Shown: positions 39,407-48,432 of the stretch, piece after piece | How the letters are laid out: every line of letters starts with the position of its first letter | Position numbering within the stretch: position 1 is the first letter of the stretch | Source: a virus | DNA: 64,000 nucleotides | Virus record (IMG/VR): IMGVR_UViG_3300021373_003070 | Direction: 5' to 3' (one strand) | Notes under the pieces: model-generated | The model's input: the letters and a program-made list of their open reading frames with translations, nothing else | The model's database searches: none | What the model was told of the DNA's origin: nothing | Translations under genes and position numbers: made by a program

Positions 39407-39592
39407 ATGACTGGATTTATTTTCTCTTTGTGGGAGTGGGTCAACGCGTTGACTCTACTAAGCGTAATGTGTTCGGCCTTTGTTGCCGCGACACCAACAC
39501 CAAAAGACGATGAGCTGTGGGGAAAGATCTATAAGTATATAGATGTCTTCGCACTCAACATAGGCAAGGCAAAAGATAAGTACAGCCTATAA
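39407..39592 (+). CDS. Small membrane protein (holin-like TPTPKDD family)
   Basis: TM helix then ATPTPKDD..GKIYK.ID..ALN.G.AK. Confidence 0.6.
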   Translation: MTGFIFSLWEWVNALTLLSVMCSAFVAATPTPKDDELWGKIYKYIDVFALNIGKAKDKYSL

Positions 39593-39657
39593 CATGTCAA
39601 ATATGTGAGGAATGCTGTATAATTTATATTGATCAACACCCTGAGGTTTTTTATATT

Positions 39658-40596
39658 ATGAATGATGATTTTTTATGGGTAGAAAAGTATCGGCCACGTA
39701 CTGTCGCTGATACTATTCTACCAGTCCAACTTCAACAAACGTTTCAACAGTTCGTTGATGATGGTAATGTACCAAATCTTATCCTCACCGGTACTGCCGG
39801 TGTGGGTAAGACTACTATCGCAAAAGCCATGCTCGAGCAACTCGATTGCGATTACATCGTTATCAACGGTTCGATGAATGGCAATATCGATACACTTCGC
39901 AACGATATCATGTCGTTCGCATCATCGGTATCTCTTCAAGGTGGTCGTAAGTATGTGATCCTCGACGAGGCAGATTACCTTAATCCAAACTCAACTCAAC
40001 CAGCTCTTCGTAATTTCATGGAAGAGTTCTCCAAAAACTGTGGCTTCATCCTCACATGTAATTTCAAGAATAAGATCATCGATCCACTACATTCTAGATG
40101 TAGCGTTGTTGAGTTTAAGCTTGACAAAGAACAACGTATGGAATGTGCAGCACAGATGTTCAAGCGTACATGCACTATCCTTGATAGCGAGAACGTTGAT
40201 TATGACAAAGCAGTTGTTGTTGAAGTAGTCAAGAAACACTTCCCTGACAATCGTCGTATTCTCAACGAGCTACAACGATATTCTGCAACTGGTCGTGTCG
40301 ATACAGGCATTCTTACCAATTTGCAAGAAGTGACTCTCGACAATCTACTCAAATCTCTCAAAGAAAAAGACTATACCTCGGTTCGTAAGTGGGTAGCAGA
40401 CAACAGCGATGCTGATAATACTGTCATCTTTCGTCGACTGTATGACAAATGTTCAGACTTCATGGAAAGCGGTTCGATACCTCAGCTCGTTCTTATTCTC
40501 GCTGACTATCAATACAAGGCTGCATTCGTTGCTGACCATGAAATAAATATGACTGCATGTCTCACTGAAATTATGGCGAATTGCTCATTTAAATGA
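39658..40596 (+). CDS. gp44: Clamp loader ATPase subunit
   Basis: LWVEKYRP, GTAGVGKTT, ILDEAD, PLHSRC. Confidence 0.97.
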   Translation: MNDDFLWVEKYRPRTVADTILPVQLQQTFQQFVDDGNVPNLILTGTAGVGKTTIAKAMLEQLDCDYIVINGSMNGNIDTLRNDIMSFASSVSLQGGRKYVILDEADYLNPNSTQPALRNFMEEFSKNCGFILTCNFKNKIIDPLHSRCSVVEFKLDKEQRMECAAQMFKRTCTILDSENVDYDKAVVVEVVKKHFPDNRRILNELQRYSATGRVDTGILTNLQEVTLDNLLKSLKEKDYTSVRKWVADNSDADNTVIFRRLYDKCSDFMESGSIPQLVLILADYQYKAAFVADHEINMTACLTEIMANCSFK

Positions 40597-41114
40597 TTGT
40601 TGTTCCTAAGTTCCTCACTCTCGATACCTGTCTCAATATCACTCGTGAATTGGATGACAGGCTATTGAAAGAAGGAATGTGGAAAATTAACAAGAACAAC
40701 TGGGCAGATCATCTTACTCGAGGCTTTGACGGAGCTGTATATCTTGCAGATTTCAGAGACCACATGGCACAAGATGACAAAAAGATTTGTTGGAAAATAC
40801 AGAATAGTGGTTACTTCGATCGTAGGATCAATTGGCAAAAGACAAGATTGGTCATGCAAGTATGGGACACTGGCTCAGGTTGTAACTGGCACGCCGACAA
40901 TCATGTTGACTTTGCCTGTACCATTTATCTCAACGATAGATGGCAAGAGGAATGGGGTGGTCTGTTAAAATATAGACCGAAAGACGAAGACAAGTATGTC
41001 ATACCAGATACAGGTACAATGGTCATCAACACTGATCAAACCTACCATATGGTCACTGAACAGAAGGCTCCATTCTATCGATACACTTTGCAATGTTTTG
41101 GAACATACGAATGA
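40593..41114 (+). CDS. 2OG-Fe(II) oxygenase (prolyl-hydroxylase-like)
   Basis: WHAD...IYLN..W..EWGG.L...H.V...R..L. Confidence 0.85.
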   Translation: MIVVPKFLTLDTCLNITRELDDRLLKEGMWKINKNNWADHLTRGFDGAVYLADFRDHMAQDDKKICWKIQNSGYFDRRINWQKTRLVMQVWDTGSGCNWHADNHVDFACTIYLNDRWQEEWGGLLKYRPKDEDKYVIPDTGTMVINTDQTYHMVTEQKAPFYRYTLQCFGTYE

Positions 41115-41296
41115 AAATATTTAAGAACAAGAGACCACTGTGCGAAGTAGCTGCATGTAGTAACTTTTTAGAAGACGATCCAGTCATCATCTATCTCGAC
41201 GAACATGAGTTTAAAGTTTGTAACGAATGTAGTATGGTATTAGAAGCAATAACGACCAAATTTGAAGAGCGAGAAGACGATGTCGAATCCATTTGA
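41111..41296 (+). CDS. Small Cys-containing hypothetical protein
   Basis: ATGA coupling; C....C and CxxC. Confidence 0.55.
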   Translation: MKIFKNKRPLCEVAACSNFLEDDPVIIYLDEHEFKVCNECSMVLEAITTKFEEREDDVESI

Positions 41297-41666
41297 TTAC
41301 CTTAATTCTATCAACACCACCAAGAAGAATCTTATGCGAGGTTCTAACGATGATGATGTGGCTGAGAAAGACTATCTGCCATTCATGATCAATCGAGGAC
41401 TGTCTTACTTTCAGGATACCATCGCTCTTGCCAATGAGATGAATCGCTATCACGACATCGACAAAAAAATGCAATACGAGTTTTATATAAATATTGTCAG
41501 ACCACGGAAGAGATTTTCTAAGTGGTTCAAAAAAGAAGAAGATAGTGACATCGAGGCGGTAAAAGAATATTATGGATATAATGACCAGCGAGCTTCTCAA
41601 GCACTTTCCATTCTCTCAAAAGAACAATTACAAATAATAAAAAGCCGACTAGAAAAAGGTGGTTAG
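41280..41666 (+). CDS. gp62: Clamp loader small subunit
   Basis: PFDYLNSIN, Y.PFMINRGLS, R.RKRFSKW.K, VKEYYGY. Confidence 0.93.
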   Translation: MSNPFDYLNSINTTKKNLMRGSNDDDVAEKDYLPFMINRGLSYFQDTIALANEMNRYHDIDKKMQYEFYINIVRPRKRFSKWFKKEEDSDIEAVKEYYGYNDQRASQALSILSKEQLQIIKSRLEKGG

Positions 41667-41669
41667 TGT

Positions 41670-42068
41670 ATGAACATCGACTCGTTAATTGAGGTCGAAC
41701 TTGTATCTCCCGATGATTTTTTAAAGGTGCGCGAGACGTTAACACGAATCGGTATTGCATCGCCACGGGACATGAAATTATATCAGTCATGTCACATCCT
41801 ACACAAGCGTGGTAAGTATTACATCGTACATTTCAAAGAGTTGTTTGCGCTTGACGGAAAGCCAACAAATTTCAATGAGCAAGATGAAGGTCGACGAAAC
41901 ACAATTACAAAGCTGCTGGCCGATTGGAATCTTATCAAAGTGACAAGACCAGACAGCATTAGCGAACCAATAGCTCCAATCAATCAGATCAAAATCATTG
42001 CTCATAAAGACAAAAATGACTGGCAATTGGTTGCTAAATATAACATTGGAAACAAAGGTAAAAATTAA
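41670..42068 (+). CDS. regA: Translational repressor RegA
   Basis: DDFLKVRETLTRIGIAS, LYQSCHILHKRGKYYIVHFKELF. Confidence 0.97.
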   Translation: MNIDSLIEVELVSPDDFLKVRETLTRIGIASPRDMKLYQSCHILHKRGKYYIVHFKELFALDGKPTNFNEQDEGRRNTITKLLADWNLIKVTRPDSISEPIAPINQIKIIAHKDKNDWQLVAKYNIGNKGKN

Positions 42069-42085
42069 TTTTAAAAGTGCTTTAG

Positions 42086-42143
42086 AATCAATAAGTTAGA
42101 GAGTGACAGAGGCATGTACATCAGTTATGAATTGTAGTAGAAT
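42086..42143 (+). promoter_or_regulatory. IHF-consensus site (42086-42098) plus early promoter TGTACA-N17-TAGAAT (42115-42143)
   Basis: AATCAATAAGTTA matches WATCAANNNNTTR. Confidence 0.65.
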
Positions 42144-42166
42144 GGTACTTCAAATTGGAGATATCT

Positions 42167-42694
42167 ATGGCTATCGTACGATCTTACGGTCTTGATCCAC
42201 TACAGAAGAAAATAGCTAAAAGCTTCTGCGATTTCGCGATGAAGAAGTTTATGCCTCGTATTCATAATAAGATATGCATCAAAATTAAAGGCAAGGACAC
42301 CTTGCTAGATGTAGAAGGCATACACGCTGATGTAATTTACGAAGAGTCTTGGTCACCTCGTGAATTCGTTTTACGTATTGATACTAAGCAATCTTACGAA
42401 CTTTTTACCAAGTCATTGGCCCATGAATGCGTACACATTAAGCAATGGGCCAAAGGCGAAATGAGACAATACGAACGTGACTACAAAATGACACGTTGGC
42501 ACAAAGAAAAAGTCAACGTCGATCGTGTTGCGTACGGTGAATTACCATGGGAGATTGAAGCTCATGGTCGTGAATATGGATTATATGTAGAATTCTTGGA
42601 AAATAATGAGACCCTTGGAGCTTTGATTGATGAAACACATACGGATTACAAACTGCTCGGACCAAAGCAGATGGTATTCAAATTCGGTCGGTAA
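42167..42694 (+). CDS. Zincin-like metallopeptidase (HExxH)
   Basis: LAHECVHIKQ, Y..LPWEIEA; GGAG RBS. Confidence 0.7.
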   Translation: MAIVRSYGLDPLQKKIAKSFCDFAMKKFMPRIHNKICIKIKGKDTLLDVEGIHADVIYEESWSPREFVLRIDTKQSYELFTKSLAHECVHIKQWAKGEMRQYERDYKMTRWHKEKVNVDRVAYGELPWEIEAHGREYGLYVEFLENNETLGALIDETHTDYKLLGPKQMVFKFGR

Positions 42695-42824
42695 GACGTT
42701 CCCTCTCCTTAAAGAATACGATACAGAGTATCTCACCTTGCAAGAGCCAGACGACAGCGTGTTGCCCGGCTATCGCTTTAAAAATTATATACTGAAACAA
42801 GACTCGGAGTTGTGTAATGAATGA
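42627..42824 (+). CDS. Small hypothetical protein
   Basis: Fills the gap; start uncertain. Confidence 0.5.
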   Translation: MMKHIRITNCSDQSRWYSNSVGKTFPLLKEYDTEYLTLQEPDDSVLPGYRFKNYILKQDSELCNE

Positions 42825-43086
42825 TGTTATGACGTACGTCACCATGGGTGGCGAGATTGTTGGTCGATTGAAAGAAGAGCTTGATGATCGTTTGATTATT
42901 GAAAATCCACGTGTGTTTGCAGCAACACCAGAAGGCGCAGCCTTTGTGCCGGGTGTATGTATGACAGGCGAAAAAGAATTGTCTGAATGCGAAGTCATGA
43001 AGACTGGCGTTATTCTTATCAGCCGCACTGATCCTCAAATTGTCAAAGCTTGGCAACAACAAACATCTGGTCTCGTATTGCCGTAA
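42817..43086 (+). CDS. Sm-like hypothetical protein
   Basis: G.EIVG.L, ENPR, C-terminal QQTSGLVLP. Confidence 0.6.
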   Translation: MNDVMTYVTMGGEIVGRLKEELDDRLIIENPRVFAATPEGAAFVPGVCMTGEKELSECEVMKTGVILISRTDPQIVKAWQQQTSGLVLP

Positions 43087-44573
43087 TGATTCTCGAGAAT
43101 GATCCCTTATTACCGATATATCATATCTTATATACTGGCGACAAGGAAGGTGTAAAAGGTCATAATGTAGAAAAGTACTTTGACGATTTTCGAACAGTGA
43201 GAATCGTCGATGCTAATACTGTCGCGCGACGTACACAGGCATGGGATTTTTACAATGGTCACATGCTGAAGAAGCACACCTTATCGATCAAAACTTTCTA
43301 CAAATCAAAAGAGAAAGTAGAAAACTTCCAGTACATGAAGTGTGCGCCTGACACACATCAGAACTACTATCGTGATATTATCAAGATGCAGTGGTTGTGC
43401 AATAATATTATCGATACTGGTCTACGCGAACCTGTTACAGCAGTCACGTTCCCATACAAAGACAAAGATATCGGTAAAATCAGATACAGTTCTGTGATAC
43501 ATCCCGGCACATTTAGATGGTATGCATTTCAAATATGTGACGTCAATCCACAATGCATTGTGTTCGATCCATTCGATCAGTTTACTGATTATCCAAAAGC
43601 AACATTGAGCGAGTGCTTAGACTTGTTTACTGAGGAAAGTAACAAGTATGAGATTGCAATCTTACCTAATAATGACAACTATCTTACACCTCAAATCATG
43701 AATATGAAAGATGGTTCTACGAATGCATCGATGACCAAAGCGGTCACAGAATATGAAGAACGTGTGAAAGAACATTGGCATTCACCTATCAATATCTTTG
43801 TTGGGTATGACTCAAGACATAACGATGTACATGAGGCTTGCATAAAGAGTATCAAACTCAGCAGCACAGGTATTGAAAACACACCTAATATCAACATCAT
43901 TCCACTTGACATTGCTGATATACCTGAATACGATCGTGAGTTTGCCAATCAAAGTGTTGAGTTCTCATACTCAAGATTTCTTGCACCGTACCTGTCTGAC
44001 TATAAAGGATGGAGTATTTTTGTCGACAATGATTACATCTTCGAGTCAGATATACTCAATCTATTATGGTTTATCGACGATACGAAAGCAGTGTCGGTTG
44101 TACAACATGACTTTGAGAAGAAATACGATAAGAAGTTCGGTGATACTAAAGATGTGTGGTATGACAAAAAGCTATGGTCAAGCCTGATGGTTTTCAATAA
44201 CGCTCATCCTGATTGCCAAAAATTGACACCAGAAACGATCAATACTGAGTCTGGAAAATATCTACATCAGTTCGAATGGACAGAGAATGTTGGCAAGATA
44301 CCTGACAAATGGGCATGGCAAGAAGGCTATAGTCCAGTCGATGAATTTGATGACGCTCGTTCCATGCACTGGACACGAGGTGGATACTGGATAAATAATA
44401 TGGACATTGATGATATATATGGTATGAATGTGCACGCAGCATATCATTACATCAATAATGACTTTCCATCGACGTATAAAAGCTATATAGATCCGAGGAA
44501 GTATTTTTACATGGACTTTATAGCAAGGAAAGATAATTCGAAATACTGTCAACCCAAAGATTTAGGAGAATGA
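43086..44573 (+). CDS. Two-domain protein with a C-terminal GT8-like glycosyltransferase
   Basis: IFVGYDSR, EFSYSRFL.P, FVDND, WSSLMVFN, LHQF.W. Confidence 0.75.
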   Translation: MILENDPLLPIYHILYTGDKEGVKGHNVEKYFDDFRTVRIVDANTVARRTQAWDFYNGHMLKKHTLSIKTFYKSKEKVENFQYMKCAPDTHQNYYRDIIKMQWLCNNIIDTGLREPVTAVTFPYKDKDIGKIRYSSVIHPGTFRWYAFQICDVNPQCIVFDPFDQFTDYPKATLSECLDLFTEESNKYEIAILPNNDNYLTPQIMNMKDGSTNASMTKAVTEYEERVKEHWHSPINIFVGYDSRHNDVHEACIKSIKLSSTGIENTPNINIIPLDIADIPEYDREFANQSVEFSYSRFLAPYLSDYKGWSIFVDNDYIFESDILNLLWFIDDTKAVSVVQHDFEKKYDKKFGDTKDVWYDKKLWSSLMVFNNAHPDCQKLTPETINTESGKYLHQFEWTENVGKIPDKWAWQEGYSPVDEFDDARSMHWTRGGYWINNMDIDDIYGMNVHAAYHYINNDFPSTYKSYIDPRKYFYMDFIARKDNSKYCQPKDLGE

Positions 44574-44574
44574 C

Positions 44575-44874
44575 ATGGATAATTTAATCGCACTTGTATT
44601 GTTCGCCGGCGCAGCAGTTGCCATTTATTACTGGCTTCAAAAGCGCAAAGAACCAAAACCCTTTTCGCCTGCAAACCCCGGTATTAGTGAAGCATATTTC
44701 AATCAGATTGTAGATGGTTATCTACGACTTGGTCGCGAAGGAATGATTCAAGAATGGTCACGCCTTATTATTGATAAAGGTGGAAACTATGTACCACCTA
44801 CACTTGGTGACGGCATGACTGATATGGAAATTGCCACTGAGATGGCAATCCTACAAACTGGCGTAAGATACTAG
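44575..44874 (+). CDS. Membrane-anchored hypothetical protein
   Basis: N-terminal TM; AGGAG RBS. Confidence 0.6.
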   Translation: MDNLIALVLFAGAAVAIYYWLQKRKEPKPFSPANPGISEAYFNQIVDGYLRLGREGMIQEWSRLIIDKGGNYVPPTLGDGMTDMEIATEMAILQTGVRY

Positions 44875-44903
44875 TTTACAAATGAATGCATACGATGTAG
44901 AAT
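44875..44903 (+). promoter_or_regulatory. Early promoter (G)TTTACA-N17-TAGAAT
   Basis: Recurrent motif; implies the next gene starts at 44927. Confidence 0.65.
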
Positions 44904-44926
44904 GGTATGGAAATGAGGAAACACGT

Positions 44927-45517
44927 ATGCAAGAAAAAGTAATTCTAACCGACTGTGATGGCGTACTTCTTGATTGGGAGTATGCCTTCGGTCGTTGGAT
45001 GGCCCGCCACGGATATGAAGTAAAAGTAGAGGGTGTCTATAAAATGGACGTCAAGTACGGTCTCCCTCGACAAGCGTCGAAGGCGTTAGTACGAATGTTT
45101 AATGAAAGTGCATCAATCAGGAAGATACCACCACTGAGAGATGCAATTAAGTATGTGCGAAAGTTACATGAAGAACATGGCTATGTATTTCATGCCATTA
45201 CTTCTCAAACAGATGACGAGTATGCACAACACCTTCGAATCAAAAATTTATGTGAACTGTTCGGACCATCTACGTTCGAAAAGTATGTCATCTTAGACTG
45301 CGGTGCAGATAAGGATGAAGCGTTAGCAGAATACAAGAACACAAATTGTTTTTGGATCGAAGATAAAGTAGAGAATGCATTGGTCGGTGAGACGATGGGT
45401 TTAAGATCAATCCTCATGGCTCATGGCTTCAACGAAAATCAAGAAGAATGGGCAGACTCTGAAATCATCAGAGTACAGGATTGGAGAGAGTTGTATGACG
45501 TCATCACCGGATACTAA
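44927..45517 (+). CDS. HAD-family 5'(3')-nucleotidase-like phosphatase
   Basis: LTDCDGVLLDW, ITS, WIEDK; GAGG RBS. Confidence 0.8.
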   Translation: MQEKVILTDCDGVLLDWEYAFGRWMARHGYEVKVEGVYKMDVKYGLPRQASKALVRMFNESASIRKIPPLRDAIKYVRKLHEEHGYVFHAITSQTDDEYAQHLRIKNLCELFGPSTFEKYVILDCGADKDEALAEYKNTNCFWIEDKVENALVGETMGLRSILMAHGFNENQEEWADSEIIRVQDWRELYDVITGY

Positions 45518-45662
45518 GAAATGTGTCCAGTGTGGTAAAGAATTTAGGGTTGTATTAGTTTGGGCTACGTATTGTAGCGGCGATTGCGAGAGAAAACATT
45601 ATGACAAAATGGCAGGAGCACACAAAAGAAGTGCAGATAAGCGAGTTCTTCGCTCAAGATGA
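45495..45662 (+). CDS. Small Zn-finger hypothetical protein
   Basis: CVQCGKEF...YCSGDC. Confidence 0.45.
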   Translation: MTSSPDTKKCVQCGKEFRVVLVWATYCSGDCERKHYDKMAGAHKRSADKRVLRSR

Positions 45663-45843
45663 TTCACGTAAAGCTGTATTGAGTCAAGATAAATACCATT
45701 ATATATGCCGATTGTATGACATAACACATTCCGGTATATTGAGAGAGTATGACACTGTATTGATTGCTGATAGAACACAACAATATGCAGAAGATTGCTG
45801 TGAGAATTTTGTAAATTATGTTGGTAGTTTCAATATTCGCTGA
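45601..45843 (+). CDS. Hypothetical protein
   Basis: Ends in YAEDCCENFV, a motif familiar from T4-like phage small proteins. Confidence 0.55.
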   Translation: MTKWQEHTKEVQISEFFAQDDSRKAVLSQDKYHYICRLYDITHSGILREYDTVLIADRTQQYAEDCCENFVNYVGSFNIR

Positions 45844-46170
45844 AGCTTGTAATAGGAAGTGCGGACGCGGGTTCGACTCCCGCCGCCTCCACCAAATGAA
45901 CACTGTTGATCTAAAGAGTAGTCATTTTAGTCTACGATCAAGATCCCGGCCGCCGGGTATGTGGGTGGAAATCCGACACAGTGTTCATCTGATGGGGGCG
46001 TAATGGATTCGACGGGCGACTGAAAGCAAGTGGAGAATCGTCAATGATGCTGACGTTAAACAGGGTCAAACAAAATAGTTGCAAACGATGACAACTACTA
46101 CGGTGATTACGCACTAGCTGCCTGATCCCGCGAGGCTCGCTCCCTCCTCGTCGCCCAACGGGAGCTTCGA
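45844..46170 (+). ncRNA. ssrA: Circularly permuted (two-piece) tmRNA; tag ANDDNYYGDYALAA
   Basis: T-arm, acceptor 3' strand and CCA at 45867-45894 lie upstream of the 5' strand GGGGGCG...GGATTCGAC (45994 on); 7-bp acceptor with G3.U70; tag ORF 46081-46125 after AAAATAGTT; outer ends approximate. Confidence 0.9.
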
Positions 46171-46184
46171 TTTAGGACTATAGT

Positions 46185-46484
46185 ATGACACCAAAAAGTA
46201 AAGGCGATCCAATGCAACGAGCATTAGGACGATTCAAACCAGATCGAAACTGGTATCCAGACGACTTCGATTGGTATCTCAAATGGGTTGCCTCGATTCT
46301 CGTTCTTATATCTCTAGCCATGCGTTCAGCTGGCATCGATTATCGTATGTACGATCTTGGCTTTGGTTTAGCTGGCATTGTTCTATGGACATGGGTATCT
46401 GTCATATGGAGAGATCGAGCTCTTATCATGTTGAATTCAATCTCGGGCTTTATGTTAGCAGTTACTATTCTTAGGGAAATGTAA
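46185..46484 (+). CDS. Small three-TM membrane protein
   Basis: DWYLKW.AS...W.DRALIMLN. Confidence 0.65.
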   Translation: MTPKSKGDPMQRALGRFKPDRNWYPDDFDWYLKWVASILVLISLAMRSAGIDYRMYDLGFGLAGIVLWTWVSVIWRDRALIMLNSISGFMLAVTILREM

Positions 46485-47212
46485 TGGCTCTGATTGCTGA
46501 AAATTATACACCTCTAAAATTATGGGCAACACCGATTGTCGAATACAATATCGAGTTTACTGAAGAAGAAAATCAGTTGATCGAAAAATTCAATGATGAT
46601 GCTTTCATTGAAAAGCACAATGCTACGATCGACGGTCCAGAAAAAAACTTTAGATTGGCATGGATGGGTTACAACATATTGAATCGTAATCCTGAGTTTC
46701 AATCAATCGCAAAGACAGTCGTCGAATTATCATTTCACTATCTACGTGATGTCTGGAATCAGAATATACCTGATGACCTCGCTCTTACGATATCAGATTC
46801 ATGGATTGTAAAGGTTGGAGGCGACAGCAACTTTAACGAACCAAATTACTTTAGAAATCACAATCATGCTGGTGCATTACTTACTGGCATCATCTATCTT
46901 GATGACAGCAGTCATGGTACTGTCATTAAAAACCCACAGTATGATTTTCCTTTCTTTCCATTCGTATGGAAACCGCTCGTAGATGATCCATGGCGCAAAT
47001 CCGAATACATCTCAGAATCAAAAAGAGGCAAGGTGCTCATCATGCCGGCCAAAACACATCACGAATTATTTCAAACTCCTGATGAATCCGACAGACGATC
47101 AACTATCATCTTTAATATATGGCCAACTGGTGTGATAAGTGCGCAAGCAGGTTCAGAGCTTGATGTTGAAGACTTTGCCAACTGTTATACTCAAGCTGAT
47201 TTAGCCGACTAG
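46484..47212 (+). CDS. Putative 2OG-Fe(II) oxygenase (TIGR02466-like)
   Basis: SW, HNH...LTGIIYL, G.VLI.P....H, R.TI.FN. Confidence 0.75.
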   Translation: MALIAENYTPLKLWATPIVEYNIEFTEEENQLIEKFNDDAFIEKHNATIDGPEKNFRLAWMGYNILNRNPEFQSIAKTVVELSFHYLRDVWNQNIPDDLALTISDSWIVKVGGDSNFNEPNYFRNHNHAGALLTGIIYLDDSSHGTVIKNPQYDFPFFPFVWKPLVDDPWRKSEYISESKRGKVLIMPAKTHHELFQTPDESDRRSTIIFNIWPTGVISAQAGSELDVEDFANCYTQADLAD

Positions 47213-47223
47213 TTACAAAAGCA

Positions 47224-47252
47224 TGTACATTCGTTTTGCAATGCTGTAGAAT
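47224..47252 (+). promoter_or_regulatory. Early promoter TGTACA-N17-TAGAAT
   Basis: Recurrent motif. Confidence 0.7.
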
Positions 47253-47279
47253 AGCATCTGTCAAATGGAGATATATACT

Positions 47280-47600
47280 ATGGGTATGATGTTCACTAAC
47301 ACACTTTCGTATGACATGAATGGCCGTAAGCGTAAGGCCAAGAAAGCCAAAGGCGAGGTGTATGGCAAATACAAACCAGAATTCAAACCTTATGTGGCTA
47401 AGCCAAGTACACCTCGTCGCGACGAAGGTGTTACATATGCATCTGTACCACTGTCTGCCAACAATGCTCAGACACCACGTAAGGAGTCAATGAAGTACAC
47501 TGGTACCTTGATTAAAGGTATCGCAACAATGCACAAGTCAAATGCTGTGCCAGTTATAGAGAAGTCTCACGCTGAAGACATCTCGAGGATGAGGAGATAA
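47280..47600 (+). CDS. Basic conserved phage hypothetical protein
   Basis: YTGTLIKGIATMHKSNAVPV...ISRMRR. Confidence 0.7.
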   Translation: MGMMFTNTLSYDMNGRKRKAKKAKGEVYGKYKPEFKPYVAKPSTPRRDEGVTYASVPLSANNAQTPRKESMKYTGTLIKGIATMHKSNAVPVIEKSHAEDISRMRR

Positions 47601-47601
47601 A

Positions 47602-47910
47602 ATGAAGTACTTTGCAATCGCGCTGTTCATGATGGCATCATCACCAGCTTTTTCTGAAGATAGATTCGAAGACATTCGCGATAAGTGGAAGATGTGCACA
47701 ACTTGTCATGGAGCTCAAGGTCAAGGTGGTATTGGACCAACACTTGCAGGTCAGTCTGCTGATGACATTATTGATAAGCTGTTGCATTATAAGGCAGGTC
47801 ATCAACTTGGTTCACAGTCCGCATTGATGATTCCATGGGCTCAACAATTAACTGAAGGACAGATCGGTACTTTCGGTGTATTTGTTCAAGAAGGATTTCC
47901 AGATCAGTGA
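47602..47910 (+). CDS. Class I c-type cytochrome (c553/c4-like) with signal peptide
   Basis: CTTCHG..GQG..GP.LAGQ; distal Met in SALM. Confidence 0.88.
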   Translation: MKYFAIALFMMASSPAFSEDRFEDIRDKWKMCTTCHGAQGQGGIGPTLAGQSADDIIDKLLHYKAGHQLGSQSALMIPWAQQLTEGQIGTFGVFVQEGFPDQ

Positions 47911-48062
47911 ACGGTAAGGGTGACAAGAGACGACCTCCTAGTGTAGATCAAAAAACATTTGATAGCAACTGGGATCGTATTTTTAATAAACAGCAACAAC
48001 AACCTGCGCAGCCTAATCTTGATGAAAAGAAAAGGCAAGCGCAGGATCGTCGGAATGGTTGA
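47907..48062 (+). CDS. Small conserved phage protein (GKG..RRP...F..NWDRIF)
   Basis: 51 aa, GTGA overlap with the cytochrome gene. Confidence 0.65.
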   Translation: MNGKGDKRRPPSVDQKTFDSNWDRIFNKQQQQPAQPNLDEKKRQAQDRRNG

Positions 48063-48064
48063 AT

Positions 48065-48319
48065 TTAAGCAACCACGATATTGATCTTCTCAACTTCACA
48101 TTGCATAGTTTTTCGTCCTTGTTTTACAAGGACTTTATCTACTGGAAAGTGACGTTGTTTAGTGAGTATCTTTACAGGTTGAGTGGGATCAATGGTGCAG
48201 TTTTCAACTGTGATGGCCCAAGTGTATTTGTCTTGTTCGACATATACTATTTTGGTTTCTTCTTGATTTGCGTATGCAAATGTAGATGTGAGTAGCAAGA
48301 GTGATGCTAGATATTTCAT
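48065..48319 (-). CDS. Small secreted protein
   Basis: Signal peptide (AYA), AGGAG RBS, minus-strand TATAAATA at 48374-48381. Confidence 0.75.
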   Translation of the reverse strand: MKYLASLLLLTSTFAYANQEETKIVYVEQDKYTWAITVENCTIDPTQPVKILTKQRHFPVDKVLVKQGRKTMQCEVEKINIVVA

Positions 48320-48432
48320 TTTTGTCTCCTTTTTTCGTCATCACGACGAGTTAATTGCCTCACGGCATAGTTTTATTTATACAAAATTGTAATACAACCT
48401 TAACATAGACTTAACAAAAAATTAACAATTTA

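Noticed and set aside
45664-46003. ORFs 45818..46003 (+) and 45664..45903 (-, MFIWWRRRESNPRP)
   Set aside because: Shadow translations of the tmRNA tRNA-like domain
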